The notes under the pieces were generated by a model, which made no database searches, was not told the origin of the DNA, and saw only the letters and a program-made list of their open reading frames with translations. A stretch of 63,745 nucleotides of DNA, the filler included, from Licmophora abbreviata (taxonomy: Eukaryota), in NCBI GenBank assembly GCA_900291995.1. It is 10 parts of 10 records of this genome, joined end to end, with 100 filler letters (N's around TTAATTAATTAA, not from the genome) between each part and the next. Parts side by side here need not be neighbours in the genome. Positions count along the whole stretch, not along the records: positions 34,831 to 42,549 come from OLMU01000180.1; positions 42,650 to 58,336 come from OLMU01000181.1; 8 more parts are not named here. One strand, given 5' to 3'. Positions 38,498-50,951 of this stretch are shown piece by piece. The translations under genes and the position numbers were made by a program. Every line of letters starts with the position of its first letter. The stretch's first letter is position 1.

Positions 38498-39024
38498 CGA
38501 CAGCCTTCCGTCGGTTCCTGCTCGAAGAAGTAGACACGTCGTTCCCCATCGGACGACGTCTCTTGGCCCCCAAGCTAATGTGCAGACGAACTATTTTAAC
38601 CAGATGTCACTGAAGAGACAATACAAATCCGTAAGGCGAGGCAAGAAGACGGACACGACAACCGAGGCATCACTTCTTTTTGTTGAATGGTGAACGACAA
38701 CAGCGGCCAAAGCACGAAATCTCTGCGTCTCGATCTTCGCCACAACAGGCGCGAATAACAATCAATGTCGTATCGACATCTGCGATTTATGGATACGACA
38801 ATTCTGGGACTAGTAGGAATTGATGATGGCTTGAAGCTTGCTGGTTAGACTAGCTAGGAGATCAGCACAAGTGTCATAGCACAGGAGGCACTGTTAGACA
38901 ACCGGTAATAGAGGACACATTGTAGGCTGAGTGCATGCCTTGTCTGCACCCAGAGACATGCATGTTCCAGGCTATTTTTTACATAGTGTCTAATACTTCG
39001 TCCAACCGTATGACCCCGACAAAC

Positions 39025-42000
39025 CTAGCTCGCACTAAACGACAGAATCTCTGCCATATCAGCCCCAATTCCTTCGACCCCATGCAAACGCACACAAATG
39101 TCCATGGGACTCTCCGTCGCGACACTTGTTGATCGAATAGCCTTCGTCTTTGGCGGATTTGGACTGCACCCACCACGTATCAACACTCTAAGCGCTTCGA
39201 CGTGTCCGTTTAGCACGGCCCAGTGAACTGGGGTTCGACACCAACGATCCAGCCAGTCAAACTTCCCTCCCTTGTATTGCTTGCCGTATCCCTGGATCTC
39301 TTTTCGTACCATGGCATCCCTCCATCGATCCATCAAAAAGTCGATGAGTCGACAATGCCCAGCGCGAGCAGCCGAGTGCAGCACCGTCTGCTTGTTGCCG
39401 TCCTTCATCGCGAGAGGCGCGCCGGCGTCTAGTAATAACTTGACACATTCGAGACGATCCAAGTCGTCTTGATTTTTTTGGGAAGAGCCGCTTGACGAAA
39501 GAGCATCTGCGTCTCGTTGAGTCGACGTGCCAGATGCGGCTAGATGCATCGGAAAGGACCCTGTCGCATCGGGAGAGTTGAAGCGACAACCATTGTCAAT
39601 AAGTTTGGCGACCAGGTCGTAACGCCCATGATTGCAAGCCAAATGCAATGGATTGGCACAAAAGCTCTGTTTTCGTTCCATACGGCTGGATGTCTTACTC
39701 AGGCGGCCTCCATGTGCACCAAGATTTGGGTCGACACCGACATCGAGTAAGGCCATGGCGATCGCTGCCTGATTAATTGTTGTTGCTTCAAGGAGTGAGT
39801 GGTAAAGTGACATTTCGTCGTCGGTCTCCGAATCGTCCAAGCTAGCAAGCCGGGATGTAGATGCCATGGTAGCTCCATTCGGAGGTTGGACGACCAGTAT
39901 CGGCGTGTCCTCTCCCTTCGGTTTGCACACGCCATGGCGATCTAGCATGTCAACGTAGTCTCCCAAGCACATTGCTCGAAGCAACTGTGTTACCGCAAAG
40001 GCTCCCTCCAATTGACCGTATTCACCCCCAAGGAAGCGCGTGTCTCGCACCTCGTGATGAAATGCATATAGCGAGCGGACAACTCGGGTCGCAGCAAGAG
40101 AATCGCCACCCAGCATCCCAAAGTCTGCACTAGTAGTCACCAATGGTTGTTGGCAGGGCTGAAGATTCAGGCAATCAATAATATGTCGGGAAACGGTTGA
40201 CCCACAGGATCCGTACTCGCATAGGAGCACGGCTGGGCCGTACCCATTTGAGCCTTGGATGCTGTCGAGAGGTTCACATTGATCGAGAGATGGAAGCCTG
40301 CGACGATCCCTTTTGCCTGTTGGCGACATGGGAAGGATCGATAGGAGTACAAACGCCGCCGGCATAGCTCCGGCCTTGATTCTATCTCTCGCTCTCGTCC
40401 GAAGTAAAACGTACAGAGGGCCAGCAGTGACCAGCACACCCGACTTGAGTTTCGGATGACTCCAAATGCCAAGTTCTCGGCAGCAAGACTCGCCGAGAAC
40501 ACAAAATGCAAGAATCGTTGTCTTGGAATCACAACCGTTGCCGGCGGTGGTTGCAGCGGCTACGCAGTCGGCGACCACAATGTGTTTCCTGTCGTCAACC
40601 TCATGATCTACTAACACAGATTCAATCTCACCCAGCTCGACTCTCACCCCGTTGACTTTCACCATTCCCTCCTCACCGTCAATTCTTCCAAGAACATGCA
40701 GTCGCCCCGTTGTTGCATCTATATAGCCTCGGTCTCCAGTTCGATATGCTTTCAATGAGAGCGAACGGTCGAATGATACGAATTTCGGCCCAGTAAGCTC
40801 AGGGCGATTCAGATACCTGCTATACTTGTCGACTTGGGACCCGCTAAGAACAATCTCTCCAACTACTTGGCCTTGATCGACATTTGCAGAGCGCTCCATG
40901 CTCTCATCACTAGCACCTTCCGCACGTATCATCACTCGCAATCCCTCGAGAGGATATCCCGTGTCCTGACCAGTCGACGACGAGACTTGATCCGAAGCGA
41001 ACACTTCTCCAAACGTTTGGTACACACACGCTTCCGTGACGCCATACGTGAGCACATTCGAAGCGATCTAGGCGGTTCAATGTCATCACACGGTCTCTCC
41101 CTTGCCCACGCCCGCACGACGCGATCCGGGATGGGTTCACCGCCAAGTGCAACGACCCGCAGCAGTGGAAAGTCATCTGGCGATAAGCCTGTATTGTGAA
41201 CCATGCTCCAGAGCGTTGGTGTGCAAAGTACATGCGTCACTTCCAGTCCAGCCAATAGTGCCGGGAGGCTTTGAAGTAGAGCTTTGCGAGGGGCGATTGC
41301 CAAGGTCGCTCCAGCGTCGATAGCAGAAAGACTGTCGGAAAGGCATGGGTCAAACGATAGAGCGCTTGCCAGCAGTACTGTAGAATCGCGACCAATCTTA
41401 TGAGCTACGTTCTTTGCTTTGAGGTAAGAGCGCAAAGAGCGCACGGAAGAGATACAACCTTTCGGTATTCCAGATGTTCCGGAAGTATAAACGATGTGAG
41501 ATACACGATTTGGCTTCTTGTCAAAGTCATCGTCTGTTCTCGAGGAAGACTGGGGCATTCCTTCGATCTCACGTAATAGCTGTAGATGGCCCACTGAATC
41601 ACAACGTTTCTCATCGACCGCAATTTGCAGTCTCGAAAGCAGATCTGCCCGCCCGATGTCACCGTCGTCTTTGATGCTGCGCAATAGTAGGCCTTTCAGG
41701 TCGAGGAGGATGGGGCATCGCGGGCGGTGAATCCCGTCCACCATTGTCGTCTCGTCGCACACAGAAATCTTCGAAACGGATGTTTCGAGTCGGTCCCAGC
41801 CGTCCCCCGACATGGATAGTATCAAAGCGGGCCTCGAATCATTCAACATGTGAAGAATGCGCTCCTTTCCTTCACACGGTTCCACGGGTACCAAGATTGC
41901 GAAAGGAGTCGGTGTCGTCGATGAGGGCTCATTCAACATGTGGACGGCCAGGATAGACAGAGGGAGAAAAGGGCCCTCCGGAATCGCGACGGCGACTGGT

Positions 42001-42299
42001 ATTCCTATCTCTTGAGGGCCAAACTTCGCCTGAACAGGTAGTTCGGAGAGAAGTTTTCTAAGCTCGCGAGCAAGTAGAACAGAGGCTAGAAAAAGCGACT
42101 CGTATGAAATAGTTTTGACAGCCAGTCGATCGACATGAGCTTCGTCCAGATTGACGTGAAGGGATGCCGCAGAAAGCTGGCGAGTGATCGATATTAGCTC
42201 TTCGTCCCAGTAGGAGCACGACATCTGCGCTTCATCATTGATCCACTGTATCGCCGGTCTCATGAGCCAGCAAGAAGATGTCGATTCATCCTCTGGCAT
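39025..42299 (-). CDS. NRPS-like adenylation + carrier (T) + ankyrin-repeat protein; split by a 1-nt frameshift near 41050
   Basis: A3 YTSGTSGIPKG, A4 FDP, GGE, A5 TYGVTE, A7 YRTGD, A8 GR...VKVNGVRVELGEIE, A10 PTGK; T-domain LGGDSL; ankyrins NPLHLAC, TVLHSAA, TPVHWAV. Confidence 0.85.
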
Positions 42300-43018
42300 A
42301 CTTTAGCCCAATGACAAGTCAGATCACGCTGGCTGGCGTTCTCTTGCCATGGTCGTCATAAATGTGGAGACGTTGTTGAATGTGGATATCTTCTGTGATG
42401 GATTCGCACTACTTAGAGAGATGAGACGACTAGCGACGCCAACAAGAGGGCTCTTATTATACCGCGCAGGTGCATGACAGACGAATGATGCAGCATTTTT
42501 TCTTTTAGAAATGGGTTTTCCTTATTTTGAATTAATTTTTAATTCTTTTNNNNNNNNNNNNNNNNNNNNNNNNNNNNNNNNNNNNNNNNNNNNTTAATTA
42601 ATTAANNNNNNNNNNNNNNNNNNNNNNNNNNNNNNNNNNNNNNNNNNNNATTTATTTTTAATTATTGTTTTGGTCTTGGTAGTTTATTTTTTGTCATGAA
42701 TTCGTAGTAGTACACTCTTTCTCACATATCCTCGTCCCGGAGCTCGTAGCAAAGCATCCGTAGAAAAACTTCCAAACCCTACCTGCAATGATGCTTACCG
42801 GTAAAGCCAAAATTAAATATTGGAAACGTCAAGCATTCCAAGATGGAAAGCTGGGCTGATCAAACCGGGGATCATCTCGTAGACATAGAGAGAGCAAAAC
42901 TCGCAACGTATCGAAACATAAGTAGCCGACTGTGCCCTAGAGAATACAACCAGCTGCCACAGAAGCCGATGTCCACCGACACAGACCCTCCGAGGCTCCT
43001 CCCTTCTCCACGCACGTC

Positions 43019-43964
43019 TCACGGCACAGACCTACCCCAGAAAAGCTTCTGGACCTTGGAAGAATTGCGAAAGCCCGCTTCGGAGCCAAACGTCAAGACC
43101 GCCACGAGCCGGCTACAAGTTCCCTCCACTCGGGTTACGCGATGTAGAGACTTGGACCCCGAGAAAATAGAAAGCGTCCCCGGCGTAAACTTTAGTGTAT
43201 GTAATGGTGGAGGGGCCGTGTTGGCGGGTTCACAAAATGCGCTACTGTGGACAGTATCGCAGTACCGACGCAGTGTAGCGGCGACTGAATGCAATGCTAG
43301 ATCGTCGTTGGCGCGTCGTCGAAAGGGATCGGTGTATTGAAACAAGCCCGTCTTGGGTTCTGATGCCTCTTGTAGCATCAAGGTAGTGGAAAACTCCGAC
43401 TCGTCGAAGTGAAAGGAATGGTGATAGGTCGGCCGGAAGACGTTGATCGAACAACATCCGAGTGGGTCATCAGACAAGAAGAGATCATCTCCGTCGTTTA
43501 CAATCATGGACACCAGTCGCCGCAGGTTCGGATGTCGATACAGTGCTGCCAATGAAGAGTCCTCTGGAAGCTCATCGAATGCAATCGACGCCACCTGTGT
43601 CCTCATTTCGTAGTTCCGGACCGAATTCGACGGAAACGACGGGTCGGCCGCAAGCAGATAGGCCGTGTGGGAATCGTCAGTGGTAAAGGCCGCATCTTCA
43701 CGTTCTCGAGCTTCCTGAATACCTCTGGACAGGGCGTCGGCGGTGACAAAATGAGAAAATGTCACTGCCAATAGAACGAGGGGCAGTAGGTGACATAGTG
43801 AGCGCGGCTGCTCGGCGCGGACATTGCACAGGAAAGCACGGCGCTCCATTCCAAAAAGTGATACCTGCGCCGGTCTTTCTATACTGCTCCTTGGCTTTCC
43901 TAATCTGCTCAAAAGCCTCCAATGACGATAGGTCAGCCAGCCAAGGGTACCGTTCAAAGTTCAT
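43019..43964 (-). CDS. Fe(II)/2-oxoglutarate oxygenase, BesD/HalD/ArpA-like
   Basis: Intron 43765-43864 joins MNFERYP...KTGA to VTFSHF; HSFHFD, TTLMLQ, GLFQY, SLHRVTRV, RLVAVL. Confidence 0.75.
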
Positions 43965-44302
43965 GTGCGCTGTCTGTACGTTCGAGAGAGATATGTTATG
44001 TTCATCGTCATCGTTGTCGAATCTAGGCTCTCAGGCGGACGGAGTGCAAAATGCAAAATCGTACATAAGTGACGTCAACACGCCTACTCCGTACTATTTA
44101 CAGTAAGAAGGTCAGACGTGGATCATGAACGCCACCTCTTCCATCCCAGCTATAGCGTTTGACAAGTTGAAAGTCACCCAATACATTGCACAGTATCACA
44201 TTGAGTGGTATGATTTTGGTTCTGCCGCTTCTAAATTTCGCGATTCTGGTTTCTGAATTCGGCTCGTCAGCAGCTTTCACAGGTTCGTCGTTCACATCCG
44301 CA

Positions 44303-45412
44303 ATGCTTCAAGATTCCACTCCCAACAGGGAGCCGTCAGAGTCACAAGACGAATCTGCGCGTTCCTCTACACCCAAGTTTACGTTTGGGATCATCTCTGA
44401 TATTCAGTATGCACCCATTCCTGACGGGCACTCGTATTCTGGGATACCGAGATACTACCGTCATTCGTTATCAGCCGCCCGTCACGCCGCTGAGCACTTT
44501 CAGCGTGAGACGGTCCCGCTCGTGTTCAACCTCGGCGATAGTATAGACGGCAAGTGCCAGGACATCGAGCAGCACGGAGGCGAGAAACTTCCAGACAATG
44601 TCGATCCAGGACACACGGCAATTGACGATGTTGTCGATGCTCTTTCGGTTTATCAGCATGGACCGATACTACATACATATGGCAATCACGAACTCTACAA
44701 TTTGAATCGTCATGTAATAGGGGAGAAGCTTAATATTCCTTTTGTAAAGGAGCCATGCGGTGATCTCGTGGGATATCGATGCCACCTGCACGATTCAGTA
44801 CGCTTCGTCGTGCTGGACTCTTACGATCTTGGCTTGATGCAGCGATGCCCCGAATCATCGCGAAAGTACAAGACGGCCGCTGGTATCCTTGCCAAGCACA
44901 ATCCCAATTTTCCAGAGCTTGAAAACTCTCCTGAGGGCCTTAATGGAGTGAAAAAACGATATGTCGCGTTTAATGGTGGTTTCGACAAGCCGCAGCTGGA
45001 ATGGCTACAGGATACATTGCAGGAAGCCCGCGAGGTGAGACAGAAGGTGATTGTCTTGTCCCACCAACCAATTTTGCCAGGATCGACGGGGCCTGTGTGT
45101 CTTGTGTGGAACTATAATGATGTTCTCAAAATATTGAGAGAGTACAGCGATATTGTTGTCGTATCGCTGTCAGGCCATGCCCATAAAGGTGGATATCGAC
45201 GAGACAAGAGTGGCATTCACTTTCGTGTGATTGAGGCAGCGCTGGAAAGTCCACATCCCATCAAGACGTATGGGATGGTCGATTTTTACGACGACCGACT
45301 GGTCATTCGTGGATTTGGGGATTGCGCGTCTGCTGTGTACGACTTTGATCATCACTCAAGCGATACAGACGAAGCCCGTCGTCGCGCGTTGAACAAAACC
45401 GAATCGAGATGA
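44303..45412 (+). CDS. ADPRM: Mn2+-dependent ADP-ribose/CDP-alcohol diphosphatase
   Basis: FGIISDIQYA, RYYRHSL, LGDSIDG, GNHELYN, SHQP, GHAH. Confidence 0.9.
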   Translation: MLQDSTPNREPSESQDESARSSTPKFTFGIISDIQYAPIPDGHSYSGIPRYYRHSLSAARHAAEHFQRETVPLVFNLGDSIDGKCQDIEQHGGEKLPDNVDPGHTAIDDVVDALSVYQHGPILHTYGNHELYNLNRHVIGEKLNIPFVKEPCGDLVGYRCHLHDSVRFVVLDSYDLGLMQRCPESSRKYKTAAGILAKHNPNFPELENSPEGLNGVKKRYVAFNGGFDKPQLEWLQDTLQEAREVRQKVIVLSHQPILPGSTGPVCLVWNYNDVLKILREYSDIVVVSLSGHAHKGGYRRDKSGIHFRVIEAALESPHPIKTYGMVDFYDDRLVIRGFGDCASAVYDFDHHSSDTDEARRRALNKTESR

Positions 45413-45492
45413 CACATGGTGCCAGCTAGGTTGAGACGTAATAGTAATTGATATTTGATTACAATTCTCCTACGTTGAGTGGCTTATGCTTC

Positions 45493-46775
45493 TTAGCCCT
45501 GATTCAGCGGCTGCACCTCGCTCGTGTCCAGGATGACGGGGTCGTACTTATCGTACACACTCCCCAACTCAAAGCTCGACTTGCTCGAAACAACAATCTC
45601 CTTATCTTTGCCGAGATCCATCGGTTTTGCTGGTCCTCCACGAGCCACGTAGCCCTCAAAATACCATGGCAGGTCGTCCTTCAGCAAGTGGGACGGACCA
45701 CTCCATGCGAGCTCGGCCTTGGCGGTATCTGGCGCGACATAGAAATTTGTGGGTCGAAACGGGAATGTGGCCTTGCCAAGGAGGTCTACGTCATAATGTT
45801 CGATCATGACCTTGTCTTTAGGAACGCCAGCAGCTTCAGCGCACAGATAGGCAACATCATCATACGACACGAGTTGATCGGTTCCGCAGTTGAAGAATCG
45901 CTGTTTAACAGCTGCTTCTTCGTTGTTGAGCACCGATGTGAGAAGCGAAGCGACATCCTCCGAATTGGTCAGCGAAACTTTCTGTGTACCATCTCCCGGA
46001 ATCGGAAGAGGGAGATCGCGCACAATCCGATCGAAAAACCAGTCAATATAGTCGTGCTTGTTGGCCTTTGGCCCGTAAATGTACTGTGGTCGGAACGAGA
46101 CGAGCGGCAATCCTTGCTCGACGGCATAGTTGTCGTAAAGAGCCTGACCAGCCGCTTCTTTGATAGGAGTGGTCTCTGCCATTGGAAATGACGTGCTCGA
46201 GTCGGGCGTGTACATGCCCGCACTAGAAACGTACGTCAACAGCTTAACACCCCATGCTCTGGACAAATCGACAACGGCTTTTCCAGCACCTTTTGGTCCT
46301 TTCGAAGCATTGTCCCACACATAATCGAATGACTCTCGTTCTCCCAGCACTTGTTGCATGTCCTCAGCCGTCATCGACTCATCAGACAAGCTGGCTCTTA
46401 CTACACGAACATCGGGAAGGTCGGAAGCATACGATTTGAACGGTTCTTTGTCATCGCTGCAAGAATCGTCCTGAAGAATGGTGACCGACGTAATCTTGGA
46501 GTTCGACGACAAGTTCTTTGCAAGCTGATAACCTGCGAGCCATGAGGAAAACAAAGGAGTGAGATAAACTGCTGATGTAGTACCAACATGTTTGAAGCGC
46601 AATGATAGGTCTTACCGAGTTCGCCGTGCCCTCCACCCTTGTTCTGAACAATGAGCGCGGCGCTCATGGACAGCGACGAACTCTTGGCGCGTGCATAAGA
46701 TCGATGGTTCGGCGCAAAACAAGAAGCTGATCCCACGCAGAGCGCACCCAATAGGACAACCCGAGAGAACGACAT
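45493..46775 (-). CDS. CSP41: Chloroplast stem-loop-binding protein CSP41a-like (atypical SDR)
   Basis: Signal peptide then SCFAP; LIVQNKGGGHGELG-YQLAK joined by intron 46533-46615; YVSSAGMY, FRPQYIYGP, WFFDRI. Confidence 0.85.
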
Positions 46776-47196
46776 CGTGAATTGAGGACAATCTGGTGAA
46801 GCCGAGACGGATCGTTTTTTCTCCATTGTCCTCGATCTCTATCGTCTCTCACCACACGAAACTACACGTCACTGTTTTTGAGGTTTTTGTTTTTTGGGCA
46901 CAGACGGCATGCGGAATCAGGCATTTCTGTATACGAAAAATCATCCGTCAGGTGAAGCAATGAAGGCATTCGGAATCTCAATACTGCAGTGTCTCAAGTT
47001 GAAGTTGCGAATGTGGGATCTCACGGTCGCGCGCGAAAAACTCGCATCGGGTTGATGGCGGGAAACGCTCGCGTCACAAAAACAGATGAGCAGATGAGTC
47101 TATTGTGGTGCGAGAGAAAGGCGAAAGAACATCACAACTGAAAGAAAAGGACCTGTTGGCGACCGTAAATACCATATTTGCATCAACACAAACACC

Positions 47197-49174
47197 ATGA
47201 AGTATCTTCCAGGAGCTCTCGCCGTATTCTTGGCGCTCATGTCGTCCGATACGGAGGCGTTCGTTGGCAAGCCATCACTCAAGGCCATGCCGAAGAACAC
47301 ACGTGAAATTTACCGTATCCCATCGCGGCTCGGTTCGTCCGCTGTGTCGGACGAGGATAGCAGTGTGGAATACGAAGAGCTTGGCTTACCGGCTCGTCCT
47401 GGACGCCCCCTGAAGGTCGCCATCGCAGGTGGTGGTGTCGGCGGACTGACTGCTGCTCTGTACATGCTGAAGAAGGGCTTTGATGTGACAGTCTACGAGA
47501 AGACCGCCGCCTTTGCTCGTTTCGGGGGTCCCATCCAGTTTGCGTCCAACGCTTTGTCTGTTCTCAAAGAAATTGACGGTCAACTCTTTGATCGTATCAT
47601 GGACAAATTCACTTTCACTGGAACCCGTACATGTGGCATTAAGGATGGTCTTCGTGCCGATGGATCCTTTCGCATGACGGATGACTCTCTCGATTACTTG
47701 ATGAATCCTGACGCTCCTGCGGACTGGTTCGTCAAGTTCCCTCTCAAGGAATGTGCTGATATGTTTGGCTTGCCGTACACTGGTGTTATCGACCGACCCG
47801 ACCTCCAAGATATCTTGATGGATGAATGCAAAAAACTGAAGCCAGACTTTATCAAGAACGGAAACCCCGTGCAGTCCTATGTAAACAAGGGCCGGGGAAA
47901 GGGTGTCACGGTGCAGCTCGAGGACGGGACTAAGGCCGAGGCCGATGTCCTTGTTGGCGCCGACGGAATCTGGTCGGCGGTGAGAGCTCAAATGTATGGG
48001 GAGGAGATCAAGAAGAGCAGCGGGGATCTCAAAGACCGACAGGGGTGCACGTATTCAGGATACACGGTGTTTGCTGGAGAGACGGTGTTGAAAACTGACG
48101 ATTATTTCGAGACGGGGTATAAGGTTTACATTGGACCCCAGAGATACTTCGTCACCAGTGATGTCGGAGACGGACGTGTACAGTGGTACGCGTTCTTTGC
48201 GCTGCCACCCGGCACCAAGAAGGCTCCGTCGGGGTGGGGGGGCAGCATTCGAAATGAACAGGATGACCCAGAAGAGAATCTGGTTAACTACATCAAGTCG
48301 CTCCACGAGGGTTGGAGCGACGAGATTATGACGGTGCTCGACGCGACTCCTCCGGAGAGCGTAGAGCAGCGCGATCTATATGATCGCCGTCCGGAATTGT
48401 TGCGAAGCTGGGCGGATGGGAACGTCGTCTTGCTCGGCGATGCTGTTCATCGTGAGTCGACGGAAGAAGAAGAAGAAATCTTGTGATGTTGTGCAAAGAC
48501 ACCAATTATCTCATTATTCTCTCTTTTTGCTTTCGTGTAGCCATGATGCCGAACTTGGGCCAGGGAGGATGTCAGGCAATCGAAGATGCCTTTGTGCTCA
48601 CAGATATTCTCGCCGCAGCAAAGACAACGGAAACGGTCGAGAACTCGCTTCAACAATTCTACCAGAAACGAATTTTTCGTGTCACGATCGTACAGTTCCT
48701 TAGCCGACTTGCGAGTGATCTGATCATCAATGCGTTTGACACTCCCTGGAGTCCACACGACAATCTTGGAAAGTCGTGGAAGAGCTATCTTACTTTTTTC
48801 TGGAAGGTACGACTCAGCGTAGACCATTCGAGAGGTTTTCTCTCGTGATTCTTCGAACCTGTCGCTCACCCAATGTATATTGAATCCGGTCGTAGCCTGT
48901 CCTGCAATATGCCATCTTCCCCATGCAGTTTGCATACTTGTACTCGTATCACCCTACCGGCAACATGAAAGACATACCAGCGGCTTTGACGAAAAAGTGG
49001 AAGGAAGTTCATCTCGAATCGTCAGAGAAAGCTTTTGTGCGTGTTGCAAAGGAAGGACAGTCCGTTGCCGCTCCTTCCTTCTTCAAAAAGTCCGAGGCGC
49101 CGTCGCAAAGTGGAACGAAAGTCTCAAAGAGTTCAACTTCGGCTACTGCTCTGGCCGCAAAGAAAGATTCGTAG
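47197..49174 (+). CDS. ZEP2: Zeaxanthin epoxidase, diatom ZEP2 type
   Basis: Bipartite presequence (EAF); IAGGGVGGL, GPIQFASNAL, DVLVGADGIWS, GDAVHPMMPNLGQGG; introns 48452-48540 and 48807-48895. Confidence 0.9.
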
Positions 49175-49265
49175 TCTTTGCAATCAAATCTAAAGGCTAG
49201 CTAGACGTCTCTCGTACCACCTCCGTACCGGCATACACTAGTAAATCATGGATCCTAGAGCTCGC

Positions 49266-50730
49266 TCAGTTGGTGTCACCTTTTCTGTTCTTTACTTCCG
49301 CCCCTCTAAGCTCCGCCATGAGCTTGAGGTCCTCCACGTCGAGGTAGCCTGTGTTAGTAACGTCGAGGCGCTCGAACTGTTCATGGAGCTCGTGCAGCTG
49401 TTCTCCGCTCACTAGCCCCATTTCCAACAACATGAATTCCACGTATTCCCGCTTGGAGACATGCCCATTCTTGTCGGCGTCCATTCGCATTAAATGCTCC
49501 AGAGTAACGTCTCGACCCATGAGAAACTTGTACATATTTCGTTGTCGTCGATCGACAATCGTTGCCGCGACGTTGCCCAGCACCTCACCTGCGGAAGCGA
49601 CGGCCAAAGGGATAAAAGCGATCGCCCAAAGTCGACCCTGCTCTGTATGGGGTGACATGTCACCGTAACCTATGGTTCGCGCGATTGAGAGTTCCATCAA
49701 TGACAGAAGTGAGATTCGGTGAGTACCCTACAACGCATCAACAAAAGTCGAAACACGCACCGATCGTTCCAGCCGTAATGATCGAGTAGTAGAGTGAGGT
49801 AGGCCATTCCCATCCTTCGAAGAGCCCCATGATGATTCCACCGGCGAACAAGAAGGAAAAGGCCGGGACACTCTTCCAAAAGGTATTGCGCAATGTCTTT
49901 CTCCATGGAAGAGGTTTGAATTCTAGATCCATCGTGTCCTTGGCCTTCTTTTTCCCCATGGAACGCGCTTTCTTGAGGACGGAGGGCATCTCTTCGAACA
50001 TGTTCATAACGCGTTTCCGACTGGCGCGCTCTGCCATTTCGGCGGCTTCCGTTTCAGCGGTGATGAGATTGGAGCCTAGAGTGGCAATAGCGATACCTAA
50101 GAATGAGACACCCCCCAGTCCAAAGATGCAGGTGAAAGCTCTTCCTGCCATGCTAGACGGAACAACATCACCGTAGCCAACCGTCGTGAAGGTCGCAACC
50201 GAAAAGTACAGAGCATCGACGATGGACCACTTTTCAAACAAGAGACAGAAGGCCAGGATTCCAGCCATGAGGTATCCTGTAATGGCAAAAATGCACTCTC
50301 GAACGGAAAATCCGACACCCTGGCTCTCTGGAACATTGTCAATCTGTGTTCCAAGTTCTCGCAACATTGGAAACGGCAGCGTCATGCCCTTCCATACTAA
50401 GCGGACCATTTTGGTAAGCAGCGTGTTGAGCTTGCTTCGTCGTCGCTTGGCGCGCACAATGGTTTTGGATTCATCAGTGCCGGCAGCATGTCTGGGCTTT
50501 CCGACGCCATTGTTGCCGTCAAAGTTGCTCATAAAGAGTAGACTCCTAGGGTTCTTATTGCAGTGCGGTACGGATACGGCATGATCATCTTGAAACGAAA
50601 GTCGCGTGCGCTGTCGATGATTGGAACTGATTTTCGCTCTTCTCAACGCCTGCGGCCCCGCAAAAGCTTCCAGCTGATGAACGGTGGTGACAAGGAACAA
50701 ACCCACAAGCAGAAAATCGCAACGCAACAT
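49266..50730 (-). CDS. Two-pore K+ channel (TPK/KCO-like) with C-terminal EF hands
   Basis: Two pore loops, TTVGYGD and GTIGYGD (the second formed across intron 49670-49760); EF hands DADKNGHVS and DVTNTGYLD. Confidence 0.88.
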
Positions 50731-50951
50731 GGTCCTCCGACCTATTCCTATCATATCATACCGATGCCGCTTATTTTGTATTTTGGCCTCGTCATCCACT
50801 CAATAATCCGCCTCTCCGGGTCACTCCGGCTCGTACCCGTACCCTATACTCATACGATACAGTGATCACTGTAGTACGCTATACAATACCATGCGACGAT
50901 GGCACACATTCAACATCATCAGCCACGACGAGCACCGACACCACGCCGACC

